A DNA stretch of 64,000 nt, taken from the NCBI GenBank assembly GCA_944393325.1, contig CALXZU010000002.1:20179-84178 (forward strand), written 5' to 3'. The notes beneath the pieces were generated by a model, which saw only the letters and a program-made list of their open reading frames with translations, did not search any database and had not been told where the DNA came from. This stretch comes from an uncultured Clostridia bacterium. GTDB taxonomy: Bacteria > Bacillota > Clostridia > TANB77 > CAG-508. The position numbers and the translations under genes are program-made. This document shows, in pieces, positions 1-10,896 of the stretch. Numbering within the stretch: the stretch's first letter is position 1; each line of letters starts with the position of its first letter.

Positions 1-45
1 CTAAATAATTCTCTTAATTCTTTTTTTAGTATATTTAGTAAATTA

Positions 46-804
46 TTATTCTCCATCTAAAACACCTCCTATCATAGAGAAAAATGCATCACGTAAATTG
101 GTGGTTTTTGTTTTATTTTTTATTTCTTCTGGTGTTCCTTCAGTAACTACAATTCCTTTATTTATCATTATTACTCTATCACATATATTTTCTGCCTCTT
201 CCATATAATGTGTTGAATATATAATTGTTTTGTTCTTTTTCTTTTCTTCTTTTATGAAATTTAAAATAATTTGACTAGATATTATATCTAACCCTGTTGT
301 TGCTTCGTCTAATATATAATATTTAGGATTATGGATCATACATCTTGCTATATTTACTTTTTGTGTCTGTCCAGTTGATAGACTTCCTATTTTATTATAT
401 AAAAATCCTTCTATATTTAATCTTTTAGCTATTTCTTTTATTCTTTTTTCTGTTTCTTTTTCTTCCACTCCATATATGTTTGCACACATTTTTAATAATT
501 CGTAACAAGATATTGTGTCATATAATTTTGTATTTCCTGATAGATATGCCAAGTTCCCTTTTATTTCTATCTCATTATCTTTATAATTTAAGTTATCAAA
601 TTTAATACTTCCTTCTGTTGGTTCTAATATTCCTGCAATCATCCTTAATAATGTTGTTTTTCCCGCTCCATTTGGTCCCAATATTCCTATTATTTCTCCA
701 TCTTTTGCTTCAAAACTTATTCCATTGTCTGCATAAAATTCTTCTTTTTCTTTTTTATTTTTATAACGTACAAATTTCTTTTTTACATTATCAACTTTAA
801 TCAT
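46..804 (-). CDS. ABC transporter ATP-binding protein
   Basis: Walker A GPNGAGKTT, ABC signature LSTGQ, Walker B ILDEAT; last gene of a 3-gene minus-strand operon. Confidence 0.85.
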   Translation of the reverse strand: MIKVDNVKKKFVRYKNKKEKEEFYADNGISFEAKDGEIIGILGPNGAGKTTLLRMIAGILEPTEGSIKFDNLNYKDNEIEIKGNLAYLSGNTKLYDTISCYELLKMCANIYGVEEKETEKRIKEIAKRLNIEGFLYNKIGSLSTGQTQKVNIARCMIHNPKYYILDEATTGLDIISSQIILNFIKEEKKKNKTIIYSTHYMEEAENICDRVIMINKGIVVTEGTPEEIKNKTKTTNLRDAFFSMIGGVLDGE

Positions 805-830
805 TTCCGCTTTCCCCTTTCTTATATTTT

Positions 831-2411
831 CTATATCCTTAATTTAAATGTTTTTGGTGCATATTTATATACTAATATTAGTGCTATTATTGAATATAAC
901 AAGCAAAATACAACTGTTGCTATTCCAAAGTATAATGTAGGTAGCTTTGTTTGCATAAACATATAACATACCAAATATGTAACCCATTGCACTACACTAT
1001 ATGTACTACTTTTCATTTCTATATTTACATTATATGGTTGAAGTAAATAATACATAACTAAGTAGTGTACTGAGAAGAATATGCTCATAGCTAATATTGA
1101 TATAAATAATATTATATAATTTATATAATTATCAGTTCCTCCTGTTATATATAACAAAATAGGTAAACCTATTGATATTACAATTGCTGGTAATAAATTT
1201 ATTTTTATTAATGTTTTTAGTCTTTCTTTAAACAATGCAAGTATTACTTTTGGTGTTTTATAAAATCTATATGTTAGCATACTATGGTCACAATTCATAA
1301 ACATACTTTGTGTTACTACTGTTCCTCTATTTATTATATACATTACAAATACAAACCATGGAAGCATTGTCATTAATAATTCATTTATTCTTGTTTTTAC
1401 ATCAGAATTTGTATATGCCAGTATAATTAATCCTAAAAATATTATACTTATAATTATTGCTGTCTTTTTTGCTGATTTCATTAGTATTTTCTTATGTCTT
1501 TTTACAAATATGTCGTGGAAATATGCAAATCCTGTTTTATTACTTGTTATTCCTTTTTCTAATTCTATTTGTTCCAATGTGTTATTTTGTATCATTTCTC
1601 CACTTGATAGTTGTTGTACACTATATATATTATCATGTGTAAGTAAGCTCTTATATACTTTTTTATATTCTTTAAATCTTGCTATATATCTAAATGCAAT
1701 TATTCCAAATATAGCTGTTATTACAAACAATATGTAAAATATATTTTCTGTTATTGTGAAATTTAAAGCTGGTAATCCATATGCTAATATTACAAAAATT
1801 GCAATTAAAAGCCATATTCCTTTAGTTGGTGTGTTTTCATTTTTTATTTTTCCATTTTTATTATAGTCATATAAAATATAGCTATTATATATTGTTTTTA
1901 TAAATATCACAAAAATAGGCATTAAAATACATGCAAATATTGATATACCATTTAACATTCCAAATATTATTGTAAATGGTAGAAGTCCTATAATTAATTT
2001 TAGCATTGCATAATAATAATTTGATAAGGTGTATTTTTTTGCATTCATATTCATTAAAACAATTGCATAATATTTGTCTTTAGTTGGATTAAACATATAT
2101 GTATTTAGCATTCCTCCTGCTATACTTAAAAATACGAATATGTTTATGAAATTACTAGCGTTATTTCCGCCTTCATATACTCCCAGCATTGCTATTATCA
2201 TTAACAATACATATAATGCTTTTCCTAAAAATATATTTAATATTTCTAAAATTGTACTTATTATATTTCCTAAAATTTTCAATCCCCTACTTGCATATAA
2301 TGCTGTTGGGAGTTTTTTTCCTATTAAAGGCAATTGCTTTATTGAATATATTATACTATTTACTCTATATGTATTTCGTAGTTTATAAGATAGGATAAAT
2401 GATTTAAACAT
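831..2411 (-). CDS. polytopic membrane protein, probable permease partner of the flanking ABC ATPases
   Basis: 526 aa, many hydrophobic helices; overlaps upstream ATPase stop by 8 nt (translational coupling). Confidence 0.5.
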   Translation of the reverse strand: MFKSFILSYKLRNTYRVNSIIYSIKQLPLIGKKLPTALYASRGLKILGNIISTILEILNIFLGKALYVLLMIIAMLGVYEGGNNASNFINIFVFLSIAGGMLNTYMFNPTKDKYYAIVLMNMNAKKYTLSNYYYAMLKLIIGLLPFTIIFGMLNGISIFACILMPIFVIFIKTIYNSYILYDYNKNGKIKNENTPTKGIWLLIAIFVILAYGLPALNFTITENIFYILFVITAIFGIIAFRYIARFKEYKKVYKSLLTHDNIYSVQQLSSGEMIQNNTLEQIELEKGITSNKTGFAYFHDIFVKRHKKILMKSAKKTAIIISIIFLGLIILAYTNSDVKTRINELLMTMLPWFVFVMYIINRGTVVTQSMFMNCDHSMLTYRFYKTPKVILALFKERLKTLIKINLLPAIVISIGLPILLYITGGTDNYINYIILFISILAMSIFFSVHYLVMYYLLQPYNVNIEMKSSTYSVVQWVTYLVCYMFMQTKLPTLYFGIATVVFCLLYSIIALILVYKYAPKTFKLRI

Positions 2412-3110
2412 TTTGCTCCTCCTTTAAACTTTGTATTATTCTTTCTTTTGTTTCTTCTTTATCTATTTCATTCATATCTATTTTTTCTAAGTATCCTTTA
2501 TTTAAAATAACTATTTCATCACATAAATCAAGTGCAAGTTCCATTATATGTGTTGAAAATATTATTATATGGTCTTTTTTTATGTCTTTGAGCATTTGCT
2601 TCATTTCTTCTGCAACTACTACATCAAATGATGTTAATGGTTCATCTAATAACAAAACTGCTGGACTTGCTATTATATTTACAAGCATTTGCATTTTATT
2701 TTTCATACCATGTGAATAATCTTTTAAAAGTTTATTTCTATCTTCTTTTTCTATTTTCATAAAATCAAAATATTCGTCTATTGTTTTTAGATTTCTTATT
2801 TTATCTTTGTTTATTTCTATAAAAAATTTTAAAAATTCTCTTCCTGTTAAAAATTCTGGAACTACTGGCGTTGATAATACATATCCTATATCTTCTGGTT
2901 TTATTTTTCTTTTTATATTGTTTTCTTCTATATAATATTCTCCACTATCTATTTCTAAATCTTCATTTAAACAATTGAAAAATGTTGTTTTTCCTGCACC
3001 ATTTCTTCCTAGTAGCCCATATATTTTTCCTTTTTGAAATTTAAAATTTAATCCTTTTAGTACTTCTTTTTTTCAAATTTCTTTTTTAAATCTTTTACTA
3101 CTAATTCCAT
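2404..3110 (-). pseudogene. ABC transporter ATP-binding protein interrupted by a frameshift in an A7 homopolymer (~3067-3073)
   Basis: ATG at 3110 reads MELVVKDLKKKFEKKKY then stops. The -1 frame continues KKEVLKGLNFKFQKGKIYGLLGRNGAGKTT... (Walker A) into listed ORF 2404..2760 with signature, Walker B and H-loop. One extra or missing A restores a ~235-aa ATPase. Confidence 0.7.
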
Positions 3111-3195
3111 CTTTTTACTCCTTTTCTTTTCATGACAAAATAATACAATATTAGTCTTTATAAAGTCAAGAAAAAAATAAAAATTAAGAATTTAA

Positions 3196-3225
3196 AAAGA
3201 GGCTCTAATAAGAACCTCTTAAAAA
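3196..3225 (-). terminator. intrinsic terminator after 3228..4073 gene
   Basis: Minus-strand stem aagagg/cctctt followed by a T-tract. Confidence 0.35.
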
Positions 3226-3227
3226 TA

Positions 3228-4073
3228 TTATGCAGGTGAACAATATAATTTTATAATTTGAGCAGCACCTAATATTTCAGCATATATTTCCAGCTTTTTT
3301 GTTAAACTTATATCAATATCAAGATAATTAAGAAAGAATTTTAAATCCATATATAACACAGGTCTTACTGGCATTGAAAAACCTTTTTCTTCCCCTTTTG
3401 TATTAAACAATGTTTCACAATTGTTATTACATACAACAATGTGATGTTCTGCACATCCTACTCCGAATTCTGCATAATCTTCACTAACTTGACAAAAAGT
3501 ATTTGCAACCCAATGCTCTGTTGGTGTAAAGATGTTTTCCTCCTTTTCTGAAGAGTTTATAATAATTAGACGTGTCGATGTATTAACTTCTATCTTTCCT
3601 TCTATTTCAGTCATTCCTGAAATAAAACTTTGTGGAGAATAATCACCTTTTCTATATGTATATTCTTTCTTTTCGATTATTGGTATTTTGCCTTCTGTAT
3701 TTATAAGATTCAGATAGTCTTCCAATCTAATAGACCTTGCATATATTATACCTGGAACAAAAAGTAATCTTGCAATTTTGTCCAAAATATTTCTTGAATT
3801 TATTAATCCTGTTGCACCAAATAGTGGCACATTAAATATTGGTTCTGCAAAAAATACAAGTTCTGTTTTTTCCTGACTTACACTTTTAAGCCCCACATAG
3901 GTGATTTTTAATTTATTTCCTATTTCCCGTGTTGTCCATGTAGTATCCCCATATCCATTATCTTCTTTTTTTATGGTACAAGTATTTTGTTCTATTTTTC
4001 CCATATCAAGATAGAACACATCTCCAGGATATATCCCAAAACTAATTCCTTCAATTCCCTTCAGTTCCCACAT
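3228..4073 (-). CDS. hypothetical protein
   Basis: 281-aa ORF, no recognisable motif. Confidence 0.45.
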   Translation of the reverse strand: MWELKGIEGISFGIYPGDVFYLDMGKIEQNTCTIKKEDNGYGDTTWTTREIGNKLKITYVGLKSVSQEKTELVFFAEPIFNVPLFGATGLINSRNILDKIARLLFVPGIIYARSIRLEDYLNLINTEGKIPIIEKKEYTYRKGDYSPQSFISGMTEIEGKIEVNTSTRLIIINSSEKEENIFTPTEHWVANTFCQVSEDYAEFGVGCAEHHIVVCNNNCETLFNTKGEEKGFSMPVRPVLYMDLKFFLNYLDIDISLTKKLEIYAEILGAAQIIKLYCSPA

Positions 4074-4314
4074 AATAATTCCTTTCTACTATCGGTTGTC
4101 TCTTTTTATTGTCATTCCCAAGCTCCATTTGTTTCTTAATAGTAAATAAAGGTTTCTTAAATATTTTACCATGTTTTACATAATTTTTAAAGTGTTTTTT
4201 CATTTTATTTTAAAATTTTACAAATTTTACTAGACAGTTTTTTGTCTTTGTGATATTATATATTTTGTAAAACAAAAGATATGAAATATTTTTATTTCAT
4301 TTGGGAGGTTTAAT

Positions 4315-4806
4315 ATGTACAAATTTAAAAAATTGAAATTTATAACATTTACTTTGATATTTGTTAGTTTAATATTTTTATTAAATAGTTGTTATGCTGT
4401 TGATTTAAATTTAAGTACTGATTTAACATCTAATATGTCAACAAATTCTATTGATGAGAATGAAAATACTGATTCAAATACAACTCAAGATGATGAACTA
4501 AATCAATCATCAGATGATGAAAATACATTAAATACTACAAGTAGCAATACTCAAAATAGTTCAAGTAATTCTTCATCAAATAGTAGTAATAGTAGTTCAA
4601 CACGTTCTAATTCAACTTCTTCAGGAAATTCAAGTAGTTCAAATACTTCTTCTACTTCTTCTGGAACATCTGGAGCAGCAACAGTGACAAATGCTGAATC
4701 TGAAGGTGATTTAGGAATGTCAGGTATTATAAATATTGTTTTAATTGTAATTGGAGTTTTACTTATTTTACTTGCCATTGCTATTTTGATTAGATTAAAT
4801 GGTTAA
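4315..4806 (+). CDS. Ser/Asn/Thr-rich secreted protein with C-terminal hydrophobic anchor
   Basis: N-terminal signal peptide, low-complexity S/N/T stretch, C-terminal TM IINIVLIVIGVLLILLAIAILI. Confidence 0.55.
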   Translation: MYKFKKLKFITFTLIFVSLIFLLNSCYAVDLNLSTDLTSNMSTNSIDENENTDSNTTQDDELNQSSDDENTLNTTSSNTQNSSSNSSSNSSNSSSTRSNSTSSGNSSSSNTSSTSSGTSGAATVTNAESEGDLGMSGIINIVLIVIGVLLILLAIAILIRLNG

Positions 4807-4985
4807 AAATTTTAAAATTTAAATTTTTTATTTATATTTATTTAAGAGCTTTATTAAAATTTAGCTCTTATTTTTTTATTTTTAATGTATATTTTATTAA
4901 AAAATTAAAATACTAATATTAGAATTTATTTTTCATATTTTTATTATGGAAAATATTGTAATATTTTTTATAGGAGGATTTTTTT

Positions 4986-5445
4986 ATGTCACGAAAATTA
5001 ACAATTGGTACATGTATTTTATTTGTAGCTGTTTTCTTTTCATTTAATTTTTGTCTTGCAAATGATGCTACAAATATGCTAGAGAATGTTACAAATGGTG
5101 TAAGAAATGCAGTTGGTGGTGCTGAAAACATGATTGAAAATGCTGCAGGTCGGTGTTTCTAATACTGCTAAAAATGTAACAGAAGACATGGAAAATGGTG
5201 CTAAAAACATGACTAATTCTGTTTCAAATACAATGTCTTCTGGTAGTACTCGTAATTCAGATAATAATAATTATACTGCTACTAGAACAATGGCAGATAC
5301 TTCTCCTGCAACTTTTATGGGAATGACAGCAAATACATGGACTTGGTTAATCATGGGAATTGCTGCAATTGCAATTATTGCATTAGTATGGTATTATTCA
5401 AATCAACTTCGTACTTCTAATTATGATGATACTGACAGGTTCTAA
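4986..5445 (+). CDS. small secreted Asn/Met/Thr-repeat protein with C-terminal TM, split into two frames near 5150-5160
   Basis: AGGAGG RBS then ATG ~4986 gives a signal peptide plus NDATNMLENVTNG... ending ~5160. Overlapping ORF 5134..5445 continues the same repeat style and ends in a TM (LIMGIAAIAIIALVWYY). Confidence 0.4.
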
Positions 5446-5584
5446 GCAAAAGATTATTAATAATGCACTTTAAAATTTTTTTTATTTTAAAGTGCATTAT
5501 TTACATATTTGTGTTATAATATTTGTGTTAAAAAATTTATTTTAAAAAATATTAAATATTTTTATAAAAATTAGGAGAAAATAT

Positions 5585-6043
5585 ATGAATACAAAATTGA
5601 TTTCAAAAAATCCAACAGCATACCATAATTATACTATTGAAAATAAATTAGAAGCTGGAATCGTACTTTCAGGTACGGAAATAAAATCAATTAGAAGTGG
5701 AAAAGCAAATTTGAAAGATAGTTATGCAATAATAAAAAATGGAGAAGTTTTTGTTGTTGGTATGCATATTAGTCCATATGAACATGGGAATATTTTTAAT
5801 AAAGATCCATTGCGTAATAGAAAACTTTTACTAAATAAGAGAGAAATTAATAAATTAATTGGTTTAACAAAACAAAAAGGATATAGCTTGGTTCCTATTA
5901 GTTTATATTTCAAAGGTAGTTTGGTAAAATTAGAATTAGGCATTGGAAAAGGTAAAAAATTATATGATAAACGTGAAGATTTAGCAAAAAAAGATGCTTT
6001 AAGAAAAATAAATCAAGCAATGAAAGAAAAATACAGAGGATAA
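5585..6043 (+). CDS. smpB: SsrA-binding protein SmpB
   Basis: 152 aa, recognised SmpB sequence ([19 protein letters not shown]..., [12 protein letters not shown]). Confidence 0.95.
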   Translation: MNTKLISKNPTAYHNYTIENKLEAGIVLSGTEIKSIRSGKANLKDSYAIIKNGEVFVVGMHISPYEHGNIFNKDPLRNRKLLLNKREINKLIGLTKQKGYSLVPISLYFKGSLVKLELGIGKGKKLYDKREDLAKKDALRKINQAMKEKYRG

Positions 6044-6119
6044 TTTCCTTTGTATTTTTCTTTATTCTTATTTTTTATTTTTCAATTTTAATTGTTATTT
6101 TAATTTTTGTTATAATTTA

Positions 6120-7049
6120 TTATATTTTATTACTTGATCCAAAAACATCTATCATTTTATGCTTTACTGTTTCTTTAATTAATTCTCTTGCTTCACCTAA
6201 GTATTTTCTTGGATCAAATGCACTAGGGTCTTCTACAAATATTTTTCTTATTCCTGCTGTCATTGCTAATCTTAAGTCTGTATCAACATTTATTTTAGAA
6301 ACACCTGATATACTTGCTTCATGTAACATTTCATCTGGTACTCCTTTTGCTCCTGGAATATTTCCACCATATTTATTACACATATCAACAAATTCAGGAA
6401 TTACTGTTGATGCCCCATGTAATACTATTGGTGTATTTGGTATTCTTTCCTTTATTTCTTTTAAAATATCAAATCTAAGTTTTGCTTCTCCTTTAAATTT
6501 ATAAGCACCATGACTTGTGCCTATTGCAATTGCTAAAGAGTCACAACCTGTTCTTTTAACAAATTCTTCAGCTTGAGCTGGATCTGTATACATAGCATCT
6601 GACGCATCTACATTTACATCATCTTCTATTCCTGCTAATTTTCCAAGTTCTGCTTCTACTACAACACCATGTTCATGAGCATAATCAACAACTTGTTTTG
6701 TTAGTCTTACATTTTCCTCAAAATCATATTTAGAGCCATCTATCATAACAGATGTAAATCCGCTATCTATACACATTTTAGCTGTTTCAAAATCTGGTCC
6801 ATGGTCTAAATGAATAGCAATTGGAACTTCTGGGTGCTCTTCCACTGCTGCATCTATCATTTTCATTAAATATCCCATTCTCGCATATTTTATAGCACTT
6901 GAAGATGCTTGTAATATAACTGGAGATTTAGCCTCTGCTGCAGCATCTACAATTCCTTGTATTATTTCCATATCATTTACATTAAATGCTCCTACTGCAA
7001 AACCTTCTTTCATTGATTTTTCAAACATATCTTTTGTTGTAACTAACAT
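6120..7049 (-). CDS. fba: class II fructose-bisphosphate aldolase
   Basis: Recognised class II FBA motifs (IHLDHG, LHGASTV); locally higher GC typical of highly expressed genes. Confidence 0.95.
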   Translation of the reverse strand: MLVTTKDMFEKSMKEGFAVGAFNVNDMEIIQGIVDAAAEAKSPVILQASSSAIKYARMGYLMKMIDAAVEEHPEVPIAIHLDHGPDFETAKMCIDSGFTSVMIDGSKYDFEENVRLTKQVVDYAHEHGVVVEAELGKLAGIEDDVNVDASDAMYTDPAQAEEFVKRTGCDSLAIAIGTSHGAYKFKGEAKLRFDILKEIKERIPNTPIVLHGASTVIPEFVDMCNKYGGNIPGAKGVPDEMLHEASISGVSKINVDTDLRLAMTAGIRKIFVEDPSAFDPRKYLGEARELIKETVKHKMIDVFGSSNKI

Positions 7050-7108
7050 AATAATTCCTCCTATCTTTTTTCCTTTATATTCTACTTTGTTATTTTATTT
7101 CTTTATTT

Positions 7109-8116
7109 TTAATATGTCAAGTGCTTTTGAGACAAAAAGTCTCCATCATCAAAACTTTCTCCTAACTCTGTTGACAAATATTTTTTATTGTCATCTGCAA
7201 ATATGGTTATAATATCTTTTTCCAGTTTATAACCCAATTTAATTGCTCCTACTAAATTTGCTCCTGATGATATTCCAACTCCTATTCCTAATTCTCTCGC
7301 CAATTTTTTTGCCATATTTATTGCTTCTTCATCACTTACTAATATAATATCATCTATCTTTTCCTTGTCTAAAAGTTCAGGTATGAAATCATCTCCTATT
7401 CCTTCTATTTTATGTTGTTCATACTTAATATTTTCTTTATTACTATTCTTTTCTATTTTCCCTTTTGCTTCTGATATTATTGGCATTTTTTCTGGCTCAA
7501 TTGCAACTATTTTTATGTCTTTATATTTTTCTTTTAATCTATCTCCTATTCCCATTAGTGTTCCGCCTGTTCCTACTCCTGATACAAACCCTCCTATTGA
7601 TTTTCCATTTTCTAATTGTTCTATAATTTCTTTTCCAGTTGTTTCATAATGTGCATTATAATTATCTTTATTACTAAATTGATTTACTAAAAATGCTTTA
7701 TTTTTTCTTGCAAATTTTTTTGCTTCTTCCACACACCTTATAAATCCTCCTTCTTCTTTAGAAATTAGTTTTACATTTGCACCATAACATTTCATTAATT
7801 TTATTCTTTCTTTACTTACCCAATCTGGCATAAATATATATACTGGATTATTATAATATGCGCCTATTGCTGATAAAGAAATTCCTGTATTACCACTTGT
7901 TGCTTCTACGATAGGCATTTTTTCTTTTAAAACTCCTTCTCTTTTTGCTTTTTCTATTATATATAATGCTACTCTATCTTTTATACTTCCTGTTAAATTA
8001 TAATATTCTAATTTTACAAATACATTTATTTCTTTTTCTATTCCTTTTTCATCTTCTCCTTTGTATTTAAATTTGATTTTTATCATTGGCGTGTTTCCTA
8101 TTAAATCATCTAACAT
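7109..8116 (-). CDS. PLP-dependent cysteine synthase family protein (CysK/CysM-like)
   Basis: LTGSIKDR lysine motif, SGNTG, glycine-rich GVGTGGT loop. Confidence 0.8.
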   Translation of the reverse strand: MLDDLIGNTPMIKIKFKYKGEDEKGIEKEINVFVKLEYYNLTGSIKDRVALYIIEKAKREGVLKEKMPIVEATSGNTGISLSAIGAYYNNPVYIFMPDWVSKERIKLMKCYGANVKLISKEEGGFIRCVEEAKKFARKNKAFLVNQFSNKDNYNAHYETTGKEIIEQLENGKSIGGFVSGVGTGGTLMGIGDRLKEKYKDIKIVAIEPEKMPIISEAKGKIEKNSNKENIKYEQHKIEGIGDDFIPELLDKEKIDDIILVSDEEAINMAKKLARELGIGVGISSGANLVGAIKLGYKLEKDIITIFADDNKKYLSTELGESFDDGDFLSQKHLTY

Positions 8117-8688
8117 TTTTCTTCACCTTCAATATTATTTTCACTTTTAGCTTCACTTATACACTTTTTATTTGGTTCTTCAAAACTTAAATACCAATTT
8201 ATTCCGTTTTTATTTTTATTTATATATTCTACTCTTTTTTCCAATTCCTCATATGTTTTAGGTGCTGGTATTATTACTGGCTGATTAGGCATCCAATTCG
8301 CAGCTGTAGCTCCTCCCATACAATCTACCATTTGTAATGCTCTTACCGTTCTTAATATTTCTGGTATAAATCTCCCAACATTCATTGGATATATTAATAT
8401 TGTTCTAATAACTTGTTTTTCATCTATTATATATACATTTCTAACTGTTTCTGTAGTACTTTCCTCATTTGAAATCATTCCATATCTTCTTGCAATTATG
8501 CTATTTCTATCTGCTATTATTGGAAATGATATTTTTATTCCTGTTCTGCAATATATATCATATACCCATGCTAAATGTGAACTTAAGCTATCTACACTTA
8601 AAGCTAAAATTTCTGTGTTTATTTCTTTAAAATATGTATTTGCTCTTGTAAATGCTATCATTTCAGTCGTGCAAACTGGGGTAAAATC
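8110..8688 (-). pseudogene. 1-Cys peroxiredoxin, 3' fragment (N-terminal ~50 aa removed by element insertion)
   Basis: In-frame upstream of the listed M the sequence reads ...EADFTPVCTTE-MIAF..., the peroxidatic Cys motif, then a stop. No start codon exists. The matching 5' fragment is at 16301..16462. Confidence 0.85.
8678..8688. repeat. attachment-site core copy 1 (ggggtaaaatc)
   Basis: Exact match to 16314..16324. Confidence 0.75.
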
Positions 8689-8705
8689 CGCTTCTTTGGA
8701 TGTAT

Positions 8706-10286
8706 TTATATTAGTTTTTTAATATCTGGTTTTAGTTTAAATCTAATTGTTTTATCTTTACTTATATAAATTTTATCTATTATCATTTGTAAAATCATTT
8801 TATTAGGTTTTTCTAAATCTATTATTTCATTAAAATATTCTACTGCTGTCTTTATCTTTTCCATTTTTTCTTCTAATTGTTCTTTTTCATCTTTTTTTAA
8901 TGTAGATTGTAAATATGATATATTTTTCTTTTTTTCATCTTCTAATTCCTTATATGTATTTTCTATAATTTCTCGTTCTATATTACTACTAGCTAGAGAT
9001 AAATCTTTTATCTTTTGATTAATTAGTAATTTATATTCCTCATTTAAAATATTTAGCTTGTTTTGTAATTTTAATTTGTTATTTCCTCTTTTATTTTGTT
9101 TAATTTCAATTTTTATATTTTTAATTTCTTCTAAATATTCTTTCTTTGTAAATTTCAAAAACTCTTTTAGATGAATTGATATATCTTTTTCTTTTACTTC
9201 ATGGCAACAGCAAGCCCTTGTTCCATACTGTCTATATTTTGAGCAATCATATCCTTTTTCAGGAACTTTTCTTTTAATCATTATTCCTGACATACCAGAG
9301 CCACATCCTTGGCATTCGCACATTCCTGAAAAATAATATTCTCTTTTTGTATTTGCTCCAGAAGTATTTTGTTTATTTCTCTTCTTTCTTATTTCCTGTG
9401 CCAAATCAAATACCTCTTTTGGAATAATTGCCTCATGATGGTTTTCAAATCTAAAATGTTCTTCTTCAGGTAATTTTACTACTTTTCCTCTAATGTTTAT
9501 ACTTTTCTTTTTATGAGTTATTAGTGTTCCTGTATAAATTTCATTTTTTAAGATGTTACTTACCATATCTTTTGTCCAAGACTTTTGAACTTTATGCTTA
9601 TATATTCTGCCTCTTTCTAAGTGTTTCGTTCTATAATATTCTGATGGAGTTGGATAATTATATTTTTCATTCAAAGCTTCACTAATCTTTTGAAATCCCA
9701 TACCTTCTTCTACATATAACTTAAATATTAGTTTAATTACTGGTCTTAGTTCCTCTATTACATATAGCATTGGCACATTATTTTTAAATATTTTTTCATA
9801 TCCATAGTAATTTCCCATAATAAGCCTACCATCTTTTTGTTTTGAATACATATGGTCTCTTGTTTTTCTTGAGCAATCTTTTACATATCTTTCATTAAAC
9901 CATGTCGTAATTCCAATAGTATCATCTCTATCATTTAGTACATCATAACTGCCACCCATTTCTGAAACTAGAATTAAGTTTTTTTGCATATTTTTAAATT
10001 CATCAATTAAAACTAAAACAAGTCCGTTGTTTCTGCCTATTCTTGATAAATCTTTTGCTATTACAACATCTATTTCTCCTTTCTGTACTTTTTCCATCAT
10101 TTTTGAGAACTCAGGTCTATTAAAGGTATATCCCGAAACATTGTCATCTATGTAGAAGTCATCATCAGAAATAAACCAATTACGTGAAATTGCATAATCT
10201 TTTATAATTCTTTTTTGTTCTTCTATGCTTGAGTAATTTTCTTTATCTTCATCTCTAGACAATCTACAATATCCTACAACTGTCAT
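8706..10286 (-). CDS. large serine recombinase (resolvase domain, recombinase domain, Zn-ribbon, coiled-coil)
   Basis: MTVVGYCRLSRDED catalytic Ser region, IAKDLSRIGRN, Cys-rich CECQGCGSG...CCCH, C-terminal coiled-coil. GGAGGG RBS before the internal ATG at ~10286. Confidence 0.85.
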   Translation of the reverse strand: MTVVGYCRLSRDEDKENYSSIEEQKRIIKDYAISRNWFISDDDFYIDDNVSGYTFNRPEFSKMMEKVQKGEIDVVIAKDLSRIGRNNGLVLVLIDEFKNMQKNLILVSEMGGSYDVLNDRDDTIGITTWFNERYVKDCSRKTRDHMYSKQKDGRLIMGNYYGYEKIFKNNVPMLYVIEELRPVIKLIFKLYVEEGMGFQKISEALNEKYNYPTPSEYYRTKHLERGRIYKHKVQKSWTKDMVSNILKNEIYTGTLITHKKKSINIRGKVVKLPEEEHFRFENHHEAIIPKEVFDLAQEIRKKRNKQNTSGANTKREYYFSGMCECQGCGSGMSGIMIKRKVPEKGYDCSKYRQYGTRACCCHEVKEKDISIHLKEFLKFTKKEYLEEIKNIKIEIKQNKRGNNKLKLQNKLNILNEEYKLLINQKIKDLSLASSNIEREIIENTYKELEDEKKKNISYLQSTLKKDEKEQLEEKMEKIKTAVEYFNEIIDLEKPNKMILQMIIDKIYISKDKTIRFKLKPDIKKLI

Positions 10287-10323
10287 TTTCCCTCCTTCTT
10301 GCCTGATATTGCTAGTTTCTATG

Positions 10324-10539
10324 TTAGCATACATGATGACTCAAGTCTACTTGTTTCGTAATTATTTTTTTAAGAATTTCGGGATAATTCTCTTTTCCAC
10401 TTACGAAAATGCTAACCTTATACTTTTGTTTCTTATATTTTTCAATTACTTCTTTTGTAGATTGTTTTTCTGATTCTTCATCAGTCAAATAAATTTGCAC
10501 ATATTTTTCATTTAAGATTTTATTAGAAGTAATTTCCAT
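10324..10539 (-). CDS. small hypothetical protein upstream of recombinase (possible directionality factor)
   Basis: 71-aa ORF overlapping the recombinase 5' end; no motif. Confidence 0.3.
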   Translation of the reverse strand: MEITSNKILNEKYVQIYLTDEESEKQSTKEVIEKYKKQKYKVSIFVSGKENYPEILKKIITKQVDLSHHVC

Positions 10540-10847
10540 CTTTTTAACTCCTCCATAATATTCCTCTTAAATACTATGCAAAAAGAAATTTAAAATTCTT
10601 TTCGTCTAAAAATCACTTCCAAAACCTAACACAAATTGTTTAAAAGCATCTACATATCACCTCCTACCTATTAAAAACACTAAAAAATTTCCAAATGGGT
10701 AATTCTAAGAATAAAAGTCCAAATTTTATTCTAATTGTTGCATTTTATGTCTTTTTACTAAATTATTTTTTATCTTCTCTACTATATACATTCCATTTTG
10801 CTATAAAAATGTCTAAATATTAAAAATAAAACATAAAAGTTTTATAA

Positions 10848-10893
10848 AAAAATAGGAGGCTAAGCATTATTTAATGCCTAACCTCGCTATAAA
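10848..10893 (-). terminator. intrinsic terminator after 10897..11652
   Basis: Minus-strand 13-bp stem (gagguuaggcauu/aaugcuuagccuc, two G.U) then U-tract. Confidence 0.5.
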
Positions 10894-10896
10894 ACA

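Noticed and set aside
618-2398. Small plus-strand ORFs (618..800, 1457..1737, 2074..2398) overlapping minus-strand ABC/permease genes
   Set aside because: Antisense, low-complexity hydrophobic translations typical of AT-rich DNA.
4919-5131. 70-aa minus-strand ORF
   Set aside because: Overlaps a plus-strand gene that has a strong RBS and signal peptide; AT-rich chance ORF.
6044-6119. tmRNA (ssrA) next to smpB
   Set aside because: No tRNA-like acceptor or T-arm sequence and no GC-rich structured region in the flanks.
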